Positions 33,667 to 33,787 of a stretch of 33,787 bases of DNA are shown piece after piece; position 1 is the stretch's first letter; each line of letters opens with the position of its first letter. The position numbers and the translations under genes were made by a program. The DNA is taken from NCBI RefSeq assembly GCF_004010195.1, contig NW_025213507.1, positions 1 through 33,787 of the forward strand. The letters are read 5' to 3'. The notes under the pieces were generated by a model that saw nothing but the letters and a program-made list of their open reading frames with translations, did not search any database and was not told where the DNA came from. Source of the stretch: Chiloscyllium plagiosum. Lineage: Eukaryota.

Positions 33667-33787
33667 CTGTAACAGCAAATTAATATATCCATGGCAAAAC
33701 CACATCAAACACAGACATTTACAGACGGAAGGAAACAACTTCAAAGACATAACATTCAATATAAATTCAGAAAAGTCTTTTAAAGAA

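Overview
Eukaryotic genomic DNA, almost certainly from a cartilaginous fish (shark or ray), judging by the HE1-type V-SINEs, CR1/HER1-type LINEs and Penelope-like elements. It has seven N-gaps, and no intact protein-coding gene is visible. Much of the readable sequence is decayed transposon: about nine CR1 LINE fragments, five or more Penelope-like (GIY-YIG) pieces plus short Penelope-end inserts with minimal hammerhead-ribozyme cores, four HE1 SINEs (one expanded into a 53-bp minisatellite), and a Gypsy remnant with the integrase-before-RT (Gmr1-like) order. Main observation: almost every non-TE island contains a roughly 270-395 nt segment, usually with a plausible AG acceptor and often a GT donor. 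Read across stops and frameshifts, these segments resemble V-set or C2-set Ig domains of the HEPACAM/CD2/SLAM type. I count about 16 such remnants on both strands, which suggests a graveyard of divergent V+C2 receptor pseudogenes. These Ig calls are by-eye motif matches, not database hits, and all boundaries lacking a splice signal are approximate.
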